DNA of 64,000 bases from Octopus sinensis (GCF_006345805.1 NC_043008.1:22010001-22074000); one strand, 5' to 3'; positions 24,451 through 37,622 are shown, numbered from the stretch's first letter. Notes: generated by a model from the sequence alone, not told the origin. Made by a program: numbers and translations.

Positions 24451-25306
24451 TAGGGTGCGATGATTAAATTGTTGCCATTTTATATTTTTAATTTTGTGCA
24501 TGCACATTGTTGTTTTTTCATTTTGTCGACTATGCAGTATAGTAGGGTCAATTGGGCACCATCTGACTGAAAAACAGCATCATGACGCAATTCACTCTAC
24601 CAGAAATTTGGAAGTGACATTCTGTGAGACTTGGCATTCATGCCAGGAGCTCCAATAGGAACATTTCAGAGTGTTTTGGTGTCAATCTGAGAACAGTGCA
24701 ATCTGACCACATGTTCCGAGAGTGATAAAAATCAAACATCCAGTCAACATCATGGTGTTTGGAGTGATCACTAGTGATGGTGACATTGTCTCCATTCATC
24801 TTCCCACATGGCCTCATTCTCAACAGAGAGGCCAACATCAAGTGCCTAAAGGAGGTAGTGCGGCCATGGATCAAGAGGATAGCTGCTGGAACACCTTATG
24901 TCTGGCAACAGGACTCTGCACCATGCCATACAAGCAAGAGAACCCAGTCATGGTTGTCAGACAGTTTCTGTGACTGCATCACCCCTAACATCTGGCCATC
25001 TGCCTCCCCAGACTGCAACCCCCTTGATTATTATATGTGGGGTGCAGTTGAGTGAGAGACCAACAAAACTCATGTAACACTCAGGCAGGGATTATGACAG
25101 CATTCACCAACTTAAACAAGGAGACCATCCAGAAGAGTTGCAGGAGATTACGAAGACGTCTGGAGGCCGTGGTTGAAGTCAATGGTGATTTTATTGAATA
25201 AATTTCAAGATATTTTTATTTAATTTTGGTGAATATAGTGTTAAATGAGATTTCAGTGTTATTTTCATTTTTCATATTTAGATGACAATATATTCACTAC
25301 ACCCTA
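24451..25306 (+). mobile_element. DD37D (maT) Tc1/mariner-superfamily transposon, internally deleted; transposase remnant 24722-25055 and beyond
   Basis: TA flanks and imperfect (C/T)AGGGTG TIRs. WQQDSAPCH...WPSASPDCNPLDYYMWGAVE has exactly 37 residues between the second and third catalytic Asp. Second copy at 50635-51490. Confidence 0.92.
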
Positions 25307-25333
25307 TATATATATATATTTATATACATATAT

Positions 25334-25389
<56 letters not shown>

Positions 25390-25656
25390 ACATATATGTA
25401 TATGTATATATGTATATATGTATACATATATGTATTTGTATATATATATATGTATAAGTGAGAGAGAGGGAGAAGAAGCATACATCTTCATCCACATTCA
25501 AACACACACATACACACACACACACATACATATATGTGTATATATGTATATGTATCTATATCTATTGATCTAACTATCTGCTTATATATATATATGGCCT
25601 CAGTCAAACAACTAAAACAATAACAGAGTAAAAGAATAATTGTTATTATTATTATT

Positions 25657-25865
25657 AAGGCTGCAAGCAGGCAAAATCATTACCATGCGAGTCAAAAGCA
25701 TTAGTAGTATTTCATCCATCTCAATTCAAACTCTGCCGAGGCCAATTTCGTCTTTCATCCTTTCAGGGTCGATGAAATAAGTGCCACTTCAACTTTTGGG
25801 TTGATATAATCAACTTAAAACTTCTTCAGAAATTATTAACCTTGTGCTAAAATTTGATACCATTA
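25657..25865 (+). mobile_element. decayed SINE-A
   Basis: Degenerate head, plus body TTTCATCCTTTCAGGGTCGATGAAATAAGT. Confidence 0.65.
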
Positions 25866-25909
<44 letters not shown>

Positions 25910-26024
25910 TATTTAAAAGAAATCATCATCATCATCATTATTATTATTATTATTATTGTATTATTATTATTATTATATTATTATTATTATTATTATTTAT
26001 TATTATTATTATTATTATTATCAA

Positions 26025-26246
26025 AGAAGGCAGCAAGTTGGCTGAATTGTTAGCATGCCGGGCAAAATGCTTAGTGGTATTTCGTCTGCTGCTATGTTCT
26101 GAGTTCAAATTCTGCTGTGATCGGCTTTGCCTTTCATCCTTTCATGGTCAATAAGTTAAGTACCAGTTAGTGAAACACAGAGGTCAATGTAATCGACTTA
26201 ACCCCTTCCCCCAAATTTGAGGCCTTGTACTTCCCATAGAAAGGAT
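26025..26246 (+). mobile_element. SINE-A between (TAT)n and (CTT)n(ATT)n(CAT)n arrays
   Basis: Head GGCAGCAAGTTGGCTGAA, tail CCCCTTCCCCCAAATTTGAGGCCTTG...GAAAGGATT. Confidence 0.8.
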
Positions 26247-26281
26247 TCTTCTTCTTCTTCTTCTTCTTCTTCTTATTATTA

Positions 26282-26355
<74 letters not shown>

Positions 26356-27060
26356 ATATTTGAAGCTCTAGCATTTGTGTTTTTCTGTTTAGATCCCCAC
26401 CCCCACCCCCACCAACATGAGGTAGGTTCCATTTTGGTGGAGGATTTGAAGATATTTGAAGGACGTTTCAGCACTGCCAATGTTCTTCTATAAATTCACT
26501 CTCTTTCATTTATCGTTTACCATAATGGAATCAGCTGTTGTAGGATTGATTATAATTCCAAGAATTTGAAGAGATTAGTATCGGTCTGCATTGGATAGAG
26601 TCAATACTGCAAAAGCTAAAATACGAGGTCTGTTAGTTTATAATAAGACAAGGAAATATTTAATGTATTAGTGTAGCTATTTATATAATGCTGAATGAAT
26701 CAAGATTGGTTTATATTACATATGAAACAAAAACAAACATTAAAAATAATACTATCGTTTCCAAAATAAGTATTTGCATTGTTGAGAATGATAATCTCTT
26801 TGGCATTGATTTCTAGGAAAGATGCTGATCTATTTCAGAAATCACAAGAATTTCATAGACTGTAATCACTTGAATTCCAAATTGGCAGAAGCATTAGATG
26901 TAATACCCTGCGTGTGTATATATTTATTCCAGCTTCTTGCATTCTGGGTGCTATTTTTTAAAATGTCCAACTTCGCATCCCATCCTTCTGGGGTGGATGA
27001 ATAAAGTATCAATTGAAATTGATAGGTTGAGGGAACCAGGAATCATAAGAACTTTGTAGA

Positions 27061-27218
27061 CAGGAGTGGCTGTGTGGTAAGTAGCTTGCTTACCAACCAC
27101 ATGGTTCTGAGTTCAGTTCCAGTGTGTGGCACCTTGGGCATGTGTCTTCTTCTATAGCCTCGGGCCAACCAAAGCCTTGTGAGTGGATTTCGTAGATGGA
27201 AACTGAAAGAAGCCTATC

Positions 27219-27276
<58 letters not shown>

Positions 27277-28122
27277 TTGTGTGTATATATATGTTTGTGT
27301 GTCTGTGTTTGTCCCCACAACATTGCTTGACAACCAATGCTGGTGTGTTTACATCCCTGTCACTTAGCGGATCAGCAAGAGAGACTGATAGAATAAGTAC
27401 TAGACTTCCAAAGAATAAGTCCTGGGGTCGATTTGCTAACGATAGTATTATTAACAGTTGCGTTTCTGCTGAGGTCAGTTTTACCTTCCATCATTTCAGG
27501 GTCGATAAAATAAGTACCAGTTGCATACTGGGGTCGACATAATCGACTCATCCCCTCCCCCAAAATTGCTGCTCTTATAGCAAAATTTGAGACCATTATT
27601 AATAGTTGCATCAAGGCGGCAAGCTAGCAAAATCGTTAGCATGCCAGCCAAAATGTTTAGCGGCATTTCACCCATTGTTACATTCATCATCATCATCATC
27701 GTTTAGCGTCTGCTTTCCATGCTAGCATGGGTTGGATGGTTCAACTGGGGTCTGGGAAGCCAGAAGGCTGCACCAGGCCCAGTCTGATCTGGCAATGTTT
27801 CTACGGCTGGATGCCCTTCCTAATGCCAACCACTCCGTGTGTGTAGTGGGTGCTTTTTATGTTCCACCAACACAGGTGCCAGACGAGGCTGGCAAACGGC
27901 CACGATCGGATGGTGCTTTTTACGTGCCACCGGCACAGGGGCCAGGCGAGGCTGGCAACGGCTGGCAATTCTAAATTCAAATTCCACCGAGGCTGACTTT
28001 GCCTATCATCCTTTTGGGGTCGACAAATTAAGTACCAGTGAAACACTGGGGGCGATGTAATCAGCTAGTCCCCTCCCCCCCCCCCAAATTTCAAGCCTTG
28101 TGCCTATAGTAGAAAGGATTAT
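27061..28122. mobile_element. nested cluster: SINE-B (+, 27061-27440), truncated SINE-A (+, 27460-27600), and SINE-A (+, 27614-28122) split by an RTE 3' end (-, 27685-27967)
   Basis: The SINE-A head stops at ...GTTACATTC and resumes at ATTCTAAATTCAAATTCC after the RTE block. Confidence 0.85.
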
Positions 28123-28516
28123 TAATAATTGCATGAGTGGGGTATCAAAATAGCAGTCTGCTGATTAATTAGAAATGGTATGATAAATTTGCTGTCCAAG
28201 TATTTTAAATCACATTGTACTGCTTCTCTGATTGTACAACTAATATTAGGAATATCGCTTGGGTGATGGACAAGCAAGAACTAAAAGTAAAGGTTTGTAA
28301 CATACAAATATGATGGAGAAATACAGAATTGATACATAGATATATAAGTGGATTTTAAATGGATATATAAACATAGATATATAAAGAGTATAGTGTAGCT
28401 TGAAAACTAGAACCGATAAAATAAAATGGCTGGTATGTTGGGAATCATTACAGTAAGTACCCCACCAAAATAGACCTAAGTTTCCAGGCACCAGAATTTT
28501 AATTTTTTAATATATA

Positions 28517-28920
28517 CTCTTACTCTTTTACTTGTTTCAGTCATTTGACTGTGGCCATGCTGGAGCACTGCTATTAATCGAGCAAGTCAACCCCAGGACT
28601 TATTCTTTGTAAGCCTAGTACTTATTCTATCGGTCTCTTTTACTGAACCGCTAAGTTATGGGGACGTAAACACACCAGCATCGGTTGTCAAGTGATGTTG
28701 GGAGACAAACACAGAAACACAAACATATACACACACATACATTTATATATATATATATATATACATATATACGATGGGCTTCTTTCAGTTTCACAAGGCT
28801 TTGGTCGGCCCGAGGCTATAGTAGAAGACATTTGCCCAAGGTGCCACGCAGCGGGACTGAATCCGGAACCATGTAGTTGGTAAGCAAGCTACTTACCACA
28901 CAGCCACTCCTATGCCTATA
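28517..28920 (-). mobile_element. SINE-B full length
   Basis: Complete tail-to-head reverse complement with internal (CA)(TA)n. Confidence 0.9.
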
Positions 28921-29436
28921 TTTTTAATTTTATTTTAATTATTTATTCATATTTGCCAGCATTATAGATCTATTGGATCAGGACTTAACCTGGGGCTAAA
29001 CAGCATCTTGTTTGTTTAAACCAGGTGTCTCAAAATTAAAACAGCTTTTAAACATTAGTATAATGCTAATTGCTGCGGTAGTTATAGGACACCTGCTATT
29101 TCCTTACAGTTTGTTTTCGTAATTAGACCGCAATCCTTCCTATCATTAATACCTGGGTAGTAGTAAGAGTAATATTTCCTGTCATTTCAGAGGGTAGATT
29201 TGTACATTTAAGTATTAGTTTATATAAATCATCATCGTTTTACATCTCCTTTGATATAGGTTGTATGGGTCATCGCTACTCTCCTGAAACGGGCTGTTGG
29301 AATGTATCTCATTCACCGGTTTAATTAGCTTTTACTTAGTATCTATGACTGGCAGCCCTTCCTAATCCCTTTACAAGGTGAGGTGGGCATGGGCTTTTTT
29401 CATAGCGCCCCATTACTAGATATAACTGGCACCCCG

Positions 29437-29746
29437 TTGTTTATAACAGTGAGAGTTCTAGTTGATTTGATCAACGGAACAGCCTGCTCTTGAAATTAAC
29501 ATGCAAGTGGCTGAGAACTCCACAGACATGCATACTCTTATCATAGTTCTCAGGGAGATTCAGTGTGACACAGTATGTACTATGGTTAGCATTTTGAAAT
29601 CCAGGTCCTACTCATTTTTGCCAGCAGAGTGAACTGGAGCAATGTGAAATAAAGTGTCTTGCTTAAGGACACAACATTCCATCAGGAATTGAACTCACAG
29701 CCTTACATTCATTAGCCAAATACCCTAACCAATAAGCCATGTGCCT
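29437..29746 (-). mobile_element. chimeric SINE: family E head with tail Y
   Basis: 29600-29746 matches the E head and body. 29437-29590 matches the tail of the family D copy at 43260-43450. Confidence 0.75.
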
Positions 29747-30120
29747 TCAAAAATAAAAGAACCTTCTAACTCCTGTTTTAACAGAACGAACTGGGGGCAA
29801 CTTATTTTCTCTAGAGGAGATGGAGGGGAACGAGTGATGAGAGCATGAGGTGGACAGATGGTGAGAGTGACCGATGGATGTCAATACTGAATAGTCAGCG
29901 TAGGGTGTAAATAAAAATGTGTGGAGAGCAAATCTGATGAGGACCTTTATCCAGCCAATCATATGATTTAGTTTAATCCATGACCTGTATATCACAAAAC
30001 TCATTAAACAGAATTGATCAAGATTAATTTACAACCAAAACAAAATCTTCTGGCAGAAAAAAAGGTAAAAAAAGGAAAAAAAATATTTTAAATAATATTT
30101 AATGTGTGGTAAGTAGCTAT

Positions 30121-30284
30121 AGACGCAGGAGTGGCTGTGTGGTAAGTAGCTTGCTAACCAACCACATGGTTCCGGGTTCAGTCCCACTGCGTGACACCTT
30201 GGGCAAGTGACTTCTGCAATAGCCCCGGGCCAACCAATGCCTTGTGAGTGGATTTGGTAGACGGAAACTGAAAGAAGCCTGTCG

Positions 30285-30372
<88 letters not shown>

Positions 30373-30598
30373 TTGTGTGTCTGTGTTTGTTCCCCTAGCA
30401 TTGCTTGACAACCGATGCTGGTGTGTTTACGTCCCTGTCACTTAGCGGTTCGGCAAAAAGAGACCGATAGAATAAGTACTGGGCTTACAAAAAGAATAAG
30501 ACCCGGGGGTCGAGTTGCTCGACTAAAAGCGGTGCTCCAGCATGGCCACAGTCAAATGACTGAAACAAGTAAAAGAGTCAAAAGAGTAAAGAGAGTTC
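30121..30598 (+). mobile_element. SINE-B full length, young-looking
   Basis: AGACGCAGGAGTGGCTGTGTGG head, CpGs retained, tail (GTAAAAGA)-like repeats. Confidence 0.9.
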
Positions 30599-30769
30599 AA
30601 GAAACTAAGCAATTGTTTGGTTCCGTATTTTCAGTCCTTTGTTTTACAGCTTTTATAATAAATCACATTGTTTCTTTCCTTGTTTTTTTTTAAATAATTT
30701 CTGTCAATCAATTTATCATCGCTTCTATTATAAGAAATATTTCTATCTTTCTTTTTTTTTTTTTTGCAG

Positions 30770-30793
30770 ACTATCGAATACATTACCAACAAG
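30770..30793 (+). CDS. candidate 24-bp micro-exon
   Basis: Acceptor tttctatctttc(t)14gcAG, donor AAG|GTATTT. Frame-preserving; reads TIEYITNK (phase 0) or DYRIHYQQ (phase 1). Confidence 0.35.
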
Positions 30794-31010
30794 GTATTTT
30801 ATTTTCCAAGTAATTTTTAAAAATTTCTCTGTATTTTCTAAATATATATTTATATAATTTATATAATTTATATATTTCTTTTTATCGTTATTGTTTTTTT
30901 TTTTTCTGTCTTAATATTAAAGACTTTAAAGATACTCCATAAATCAACAAAAATTACACCAAGGGACACTTCACAAATGAAAGCAAGCATGAATATAAAT
31001 AATGCATGAG

Positions 31011-31360
31011 GGTTTTATTTATATTCTTTGAATTATATTTTGTTTTGTCTTTTATTATTTTATGTCATTGTTTTATTCATATTCTTTGAGTTGTATTTTG
31101 TTTTGTCTTTTATTAATTTGTTTCTTTGTTTTATTTATATTCTTTGAGTTGTATTTTGTTTTGTCTTTTATTATTTTATGTCATTGTTTTATTCATATTC
31201 TTTGAGTTGTATTTTGTTTTGTCTTTTATTAATTTGTTTCTTTGTTTTATTTATATTCTTTGAGTTGTATTTTGTTTTGTCTTTTATTAATTTATTTCTT
31301 TGTTTTATTTATATTCTTTGAGGTGTATTTTGTTTTGTCTTTTACTATTTTATATCTTTG
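31011..31360. repeat. 58-bp minisatellite, 6 copies
   Basis: ATATTCTTTG at 31021, 31079, 31137, 31195, 31253 and 31311. Confidence 0.95.
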
Positions 31361-31980
31361 TTTTACTGTTATTAACAACAAAATCACAATGACATACATC
31401 ACCAATATATATCGTTTCAATAACAAATACAGCGGTATCACCTTCATCAGACATGATGACGTGGAATTTGTTGTATTACGTAGAATGGTCAAAATTCTAG
31501 ACTAATGGACCACTGTTATCTCAAATTATTTTCAAAGAATTGCGTTGCAACTCGAGACAATGGATTTTGGAATTGATGATGGAATGGTAAAAGATAAATG
31601 GAAAAATATCCTTCCTCACACTAAAGCATGTTTGTCGATTTATTTATACTCTGTGCTAAGCCATTGTTTCAGACGAAGGCTTGCTGTTGATTGAATCAAA
31701 TCTAATTTCTTATTGGAAATGGTCATTCTAAAACTCTGTAGAATTGATTTTTTGGTAGTGGTCAGACAAAATAATACAATAGTCAAATTTCTTATTAAAA
31801 GAGAAAAATTGTTCCTGTTATGTGATTAAGAGGAAGACTGCAGCAACCGATGAGTAAATTTCCATATATTACTTTCTTTAGTTCACTTTAGTTAGTAAAT
31901 AAAGTAAATATATAGTCAAGGCAGTACTCCAGCATGGCCACAGTCAAATGAGTGGAAAAAATTAAAGAATAAAAGAATAT

Positions 31981-32390
31981 AGTTGTCGGTTTCAATGATG
32001 AGGATTCAGTTGTTAAATCAACTAAATTCTCACTTTATTGAATTAACATATAAGTGGCTGAATATTCCACAGATATGTATACTTATTTCTTTACCACCCG
32101 CAAGGGGCTAAACACAGAGAGGACAAACAAGGATAGACAAACGGATTAAGTCGATTACATCGACCCCAGTGCGTAACTGGTACTTATTTAATCGACCCCG
32201 AAAGGATGAAAGGCAAAGCCGACCTCGGCGGAATTTGAACTCAGAACATAACCGCAGACGAAATATGGCTACATATAACGTTTCTGCCAGCTCGCTGCTC
32301 TATCGGATATGTATACTGTTAACATAAATCTCAAGCAGAATTGATGTAACACAGCGTATCACAAGACTGGGCCATTGAATTGCAAATACA
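31981..32390 (-). mobile_element. old tail-Y SINE relic interrupted by SINE-A (32084-32298, -) with 12-bp TSD
   Basis: GATATGTATACT on both sides of the SINE-A. The flanks align with tail Y. Confidence 0.75.
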
Positions 32391-32887
32391 GTGTCTTTAT
32401 ATTATAATATAACTAACAAAGTATTACACAGACATCCATACGCTTAATGTGAACTTCAAACAGAATCAGTGTAACCTCAGTCTGTGATAAGGTTGGACTT
32501 TAGACTCACAGATACAATCTATTCAACAGGCTTCCACAAAGTTTCCCCTTTATTCAGTTTCACTCGGAAGGCTTGACTCATCCAAAATATATATTAAGTG
32601 ACCCTGACTCAAGATGTTATGTTTTGAGATTTAGTTCAGTCTTTTATGATTCTGAAGCAAATTTCTTATCTATTTGTTATACAGCATCTTTGTTTATTAT
32701 AGCATTCAAATATACCTTTATAAATTCTCACTGCTTTTACACGTGGACGTGATGTTTCAATACTTGAATCCAAGGTGAACCATTCTTTCAAACAATAGTC
32801 TCATAGTTTTAGACACCTCATGAGTGTCTAGGTTGTAGAATCATTGATGTACCTGAGACTAAGTATAAACTTCTCGGTTATTCTGCG

Positions 32888-33218
32888 TAAGAAGCTTGCT
32901 TCCCAACCACATGGTTCCAGGTTCAGTCCTACTGTCTAGCACCTTGGACAAGTCTCTTCTACTATAACCTCGGGTTGACCAAAGCCTTGTGAGTGGATTT
33001 GGTTGGTGGAAACTGAAAGAAGCCCATCGTATACAGATATATGTGTTTGTGTCCCCAATATCACTTGACAACCGATGCTGGTGTGTTTACATCCCTGTAA
33101 CTTAGCAGTTCGGCAAAAGAGACTGATAGAATAAGTACTAGACTTACAATGAGTAAGTCCTGGGGTTGATTTGCTTGACTAAAGGCAGTGCTCCAGCATG
33201 GCCGCAGTCAAATGACTT
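32888..33218 (+). mobile_element. SINE-B, 5'-clipped, short internal microsatellite
   Basis: Matches the B consensus from AAGCTTGCTTCCCAACCAC to CAGTCAAATGACT. Confidence 0.85.
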
Positions 33219-33609
33219 TCAAAAACAGAATGCAAGCAGAAAAAAAAAAAAGAAAAAAATTGATTTAAGAAATGGATCTATCAAGAATTAAGCTCATAAT
33301 TGCAAACTTCAAAACTGATTAAATCAAAACTAAACCAACCCAGCTATCTTCACAGTATTTGAAGAATGAGTTACAAAAAAAAAATAACAAAAACAAAAAA
33401 AAACAAAACAAAATAAACCAAAAGCATAAGCAAAAAAAGGCAAGAATGTTGATTTGTAAGTTGATTAGGAGGAGCCAAACTACTCCAGATGTCAAAAGAC
33501 TATACCTTAATTCCAGCATGGTGCCTAAAGTATATGTTTTACACATTAATACCAAAGAGTTCTCTGTATACGCAACAGAATTTTAATCACCGTATATTAT
33601 ATATCTCAC

Positions 33610-33639
33610 CTTCTCCGCAGCATCAGTGAAATATTTATT
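33610..33639 (-). CDS. candidate 30-bp micro-exon
   Basis: Minus-strand acceptor ttttgtttttctccatctgtttctatttaacAG, donor AAG|GTGAGA. Reads NKYFTDAAEK (phase 0) or INISLMLRR (phase 2). Confidence 0.4.
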
Positions 33640-33849
33640 CTGTTAAATAGAAACAGATGGAGAAAAACAAAATTTATAGCAAAGTTTATTTATATTTGAC
33701 TAAGGTCTTCCTTGATGAAATATTATTACCGGCTGATGGCTTAGTTTTTATAGCACACGGTAAACTACTGGGGAAGGATGAAGTTTATGGCAGCTGCTGC
33801 ATGGAATATAAATTCTAAAAGATCAGGTGCTGGTGTGGTTGTGGGGTAT

Positions 33850-34376
33850 TTTGGTTGTTTTGCAACCACATGTTCCGTGTGTTCAGGCCCACTGCATAGC
33901 ACCTAGGTCTTTGGCTGTAATCTTAGGTCGACTGAAGTCTTGGGAGTGGATTTGGTAGATGGAAATCAAAAGAAGCCCGTTTTGTGTGTGTGTGTGTGAG
34001 TGTGTGTGTGTGTGTGTTTGTGTGTTTGTGTGTGTATGTCTGTGTGTGAGCATGTGTTTGTATGTGTGCGTGTGTGTGTGAGCATGTGAATGTGTGTGTG
34101 CGTATGTGTGTGTGAGCATGTGAATGTGTGTGTGCGTGTGTGTGAATGTGTGTGTATGTGTGTGAGCATGTGTTTGTGTGTGTGTCAGAGCATGTGAATG
34201 TGTGTGCATGCATGTATGTGCTTGTGTGTGTGTGTGAGCATGTGTTTGTGTGTGTGTGTATGTGTGCATGTGTTTGTGTGTATGTGTGTATGTGTTTGTG
34301 TATATGTGTGTGTGAGCATGTGTTTGTGTATGTGTGTGTGTGGTGCTGCTGCTGTTGTTGCTGGTGCTGGCGTTGC

Positions 34377-34416
<40 letters not shown>

Positions 34417-34432
34417 ACTGATGATGATGATG
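33850..34432 (+). repeat. SINE-B 5' half followed by a ~360-bp complex (TG)n/GAGCATGTG array and a (GCT)n/(GAT)n run
   Basis: B body to ...GAAGCCCG, then TG-rich repeats at 33980-34340 with recurrent GAGCATGTG, then trinucleotides. Confidence 0.85.
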
Positions 34433-35434
34433 ATAGAACAATCATGGTTAAAATGCTTTTGATCATATTTCTACCTGATGAGCTGGATTGACCTAAGGTT
34501 AAACGACCAAAAATATTTCCAGACTTAATATTCCTTAATTTCTTTTAACCCAGCAAAATTATTTGGTACGTTTTGTCAGGAGGGAAGGCTGTGCCTATGA
34601 CCCCTTTTAAAGGACCTCAGAGACTGATAGGGGAGAGAGAGGCAATGATGGAAGGTACCCTTAAGCTAGAGGCTTGCACTGACCAAATTCCAGCAACAGA
34701 ATGGATTCTACTACAGGTACACAAGGTTCCAGGAGGTGGTATTACATTGGGAGATGGATGAAGTCTACTGCCAAAGTGGGCCATGGCAGGATTTGAACTC
34801 AGAATGCAAGGAACTAGAACAAATACAGCTAGGCATCCAATCCACAATCTTCATACTTTTTCATTGACCTTGAAATAATTTTTTCAAATTTTGGTGCAAA
34901 GCCAACAATTTTGAAGCATAGTTGGTGGGAATATGTCAAATACATCAACCCCCAGTCTTTAACTGGTACTTATTTTATTGACTCCCAAAACATGAAAGGT
35001 ATTGCTGCCCTTGGTGGAATTTGAACTCAAAGTATAAAGAGCACAATGGTTGTTGATGAGTGTGGCTGTCAAACAAAAATTGGCTACTATTTCTAGCAAT
35101 TTGATTGACCACATAGTTGTTCCCTAATTAGGTAATATATGTACTTGTTGGACACTAGGTTTTGATAAAGCATTAATGCCTCTCCTTTGAAAATGTATGT
35201 CTTTGTGCCAATGTGAAAATTCCATATTCCTGCAGTTATTATTCAGCTCTAAATTACCCTGATCAAATAGACCTCTGATCATGACCATCCATGACCATCA
35301 AGGCTTTCATTTGCTAATTTCTAGAATAATATCACCCAAGGTAACACTCAATTTTAAAAATACGATCTAATTTTAAGAAGGTGCAGCTGTTATTTCTGGT
35401 TGATCAAGGGGTCACAAAGAGGGAGCAACTCTCA

Positions 35435-35728
35435 ATCATCATCATCATCATCATCATCATCGTTTAACGTCGGCTTTCCATGCTGGCATGGGTTGGACGA
35501 TTTGACTGACGACTGGCGAACCAGACGGCTGCACCAGGCTCCAATCTGATCTGGCAGAGTTTCTACAGCTGGATGTCCTTCCTAACACCAACCACTCCGA
35601 GAGTGTAGTCGGTGCTTTTTCATGCCACTGGCACGAGGGCCAGTCAGGCGGTACTGGCGATGGCTGCGCTCAAATGGTGTCTTTTACATGCCACCTGCAC
35701 AGGAGCCAGTCCAACGGCACTGGCAGGG
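35435..35728 (-). mobile_element. RTE LINE 3' end
   Basis: (CAT)n GTTTAACGTCGGCTTTCCATGCTGGCATGGG... conserved block. Confidence 0.85.
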
Positions 35729-36096
35729 ATGGACGTACAGTGTTGTTGCTGTTGTTGTGGTCATTTTAGTTGTTGGTGCTATAGATATCAATAATATATG
35801 AAGAGGTAATCAATGATGATTAGTCCAGCAATTAGCTCAGCATGGAAAAGATATAAATATTATGGAAGTTGTTGACAACTATGATAATCACCATTTAATT
35901 AGTCAGTATACGCTTCATATAATTCTATCTTCGAGGCTTAACTGTCAGTAATCATTAATAATTAGCACTTCTTACTTCTATATTTCATTCTTTGTTAATT
36001 ATTGGCCCCTAATGCTTAACCATTTTTTTACATGGTTTTATATAAATATATACATATATTTACATGTATATATATATATACATATGTTTACATATA

Positions 36097-36925
36097 TATA
36101 TATATATAAACGGCAGTTTGTCTGTCTGTGTGTCTGTCAGGTTGTACCCTCACCCTGACCATGGCTTTCAACCGATTCTGATGAAACTTGACACACACAT
36201 AGCCCAATGTCATAATTCAAAACTAACGCAGCAAAAATTTTGAAAAGTTCCCCCAGTTCTGAAAAATATTGATAAATTCGACGTGAGGTCGAGAATCTAA
36301 GCTTCTTATATGCAACACATTTTCTGTTGTAGTTTTCGCAACTTGCAATCGATTTTCACCAAATTCATGGTGAAGCTTAATGTTACCCTAAGAAACTTAA
36401 TTCTGACGTTAGTTTTCCATGCAATACCTTACCATCAGAAAAAATCGATAAAATCATGCCATTTTGGGAAATCACGTTCAAATTCAAGATGACATAATTT
36501 CGACAATATCTTTCACAAATTGGCAGGAATTTTCTTTTTAATTCACAGCGAGCATCATGTCTGCTCCAAGGAGCTATATGGCCCTTTTTATTCCAATAGG
36601 ATACTTTATTACTGGAAAAAATCGGTTAATTAAATCATATGTGGCACACATAGCAAACCGATTTGTGTATTAAACACAAACCACAGACTGTCTAGGGGAC
36701 GCAACTCGACCTTTTTAAATCTCTTGGGAGGCGCAATGATGTTTTCATGTTTTCGCCCAAAGGGACAGCTAGGAACATTGTATACACAGAAGTATTTGAG
36801 TGAAGAGAAGACATTGCAACCTATACATGCGCCTTCGTTCCCTAGGGGGAAAGGACTAGATTGGGATTAGTTGTTGCCTACTAGGGGCTCTTACATACCC
36901 GAGCAACTCCGGGCTATGCTGCTAG
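36097..36925 (+). mobile_element. non-autonomous Helitron retaining the RepHel helicase C-terminus
   Basis: 3' hairpin CCCGAGCAACTCCGGG (36898-36913) and CTAG|T (36922-36925). 36723-36803 encodes LGRRNDVFMFSPKGTARNIVYTEVFE*, matching the Helitron terminal motif (K/R)NIVY.E(V/A)L. 5' part is TATATATAAA...(GTCT)n...ACCGATTCTGATGAAACTTG. Confidence 0.85.
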
Positions 36926-37018
36926 TATATATATATATATATATATATTTATCATTTGTAGAAAACCTAAATTCTGAGAAGAAGCAAACTCTACGATGTA
37001 TAGCAGTATATACTAAAA

Positions 37019-37385
<367 letters not shown>

Positions 37386-37422
37386 TATATGTGTGTATTA
37401 TATATATATATATATATATATA

Positions 37423-37620
37423 CGTGCGGGTGGCTCGTAAAAAGCACCCACTACACTCACGGAGTGGTTGGCGTTAGGAAGGGCATCCAGCCGTAGAAAC
37501 ACTGCCAGATCAGACTGAGACTGATGCAGCCTTCTGGCTTCACAGACTCCAGTTGAACCGTCCAACCCATGCTAGCATGGAAAGCGGACGCTAAACGATG
37601 ATGATGATGATGATGATGAT
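37423..37620 (+). mobile_element. short RTE 3' end inside (TA)n
   Basis: Young-looking copy with CpGs intact, (GAT)n tail, TA arrays on both sides. Confidence 0.85.
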
Positions 37621-37622
37621 AT

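Noticed and set aside
28425-28458. ATGGCTGGTATGTTGGGAATCATTACA|GTAAGT as a first coding exon (MAGMLGIIT)
   Set aside because: Good Kozak context and donor, but too short and with no linked downstream exon. Such motifs are common by chance.
29022-29095. CAGGTGTC...GACACCTG 8-bp inverted repeat as a Tc1-type MITE
   Set aside because: The match is short, there is no TA TSD and no second copy.
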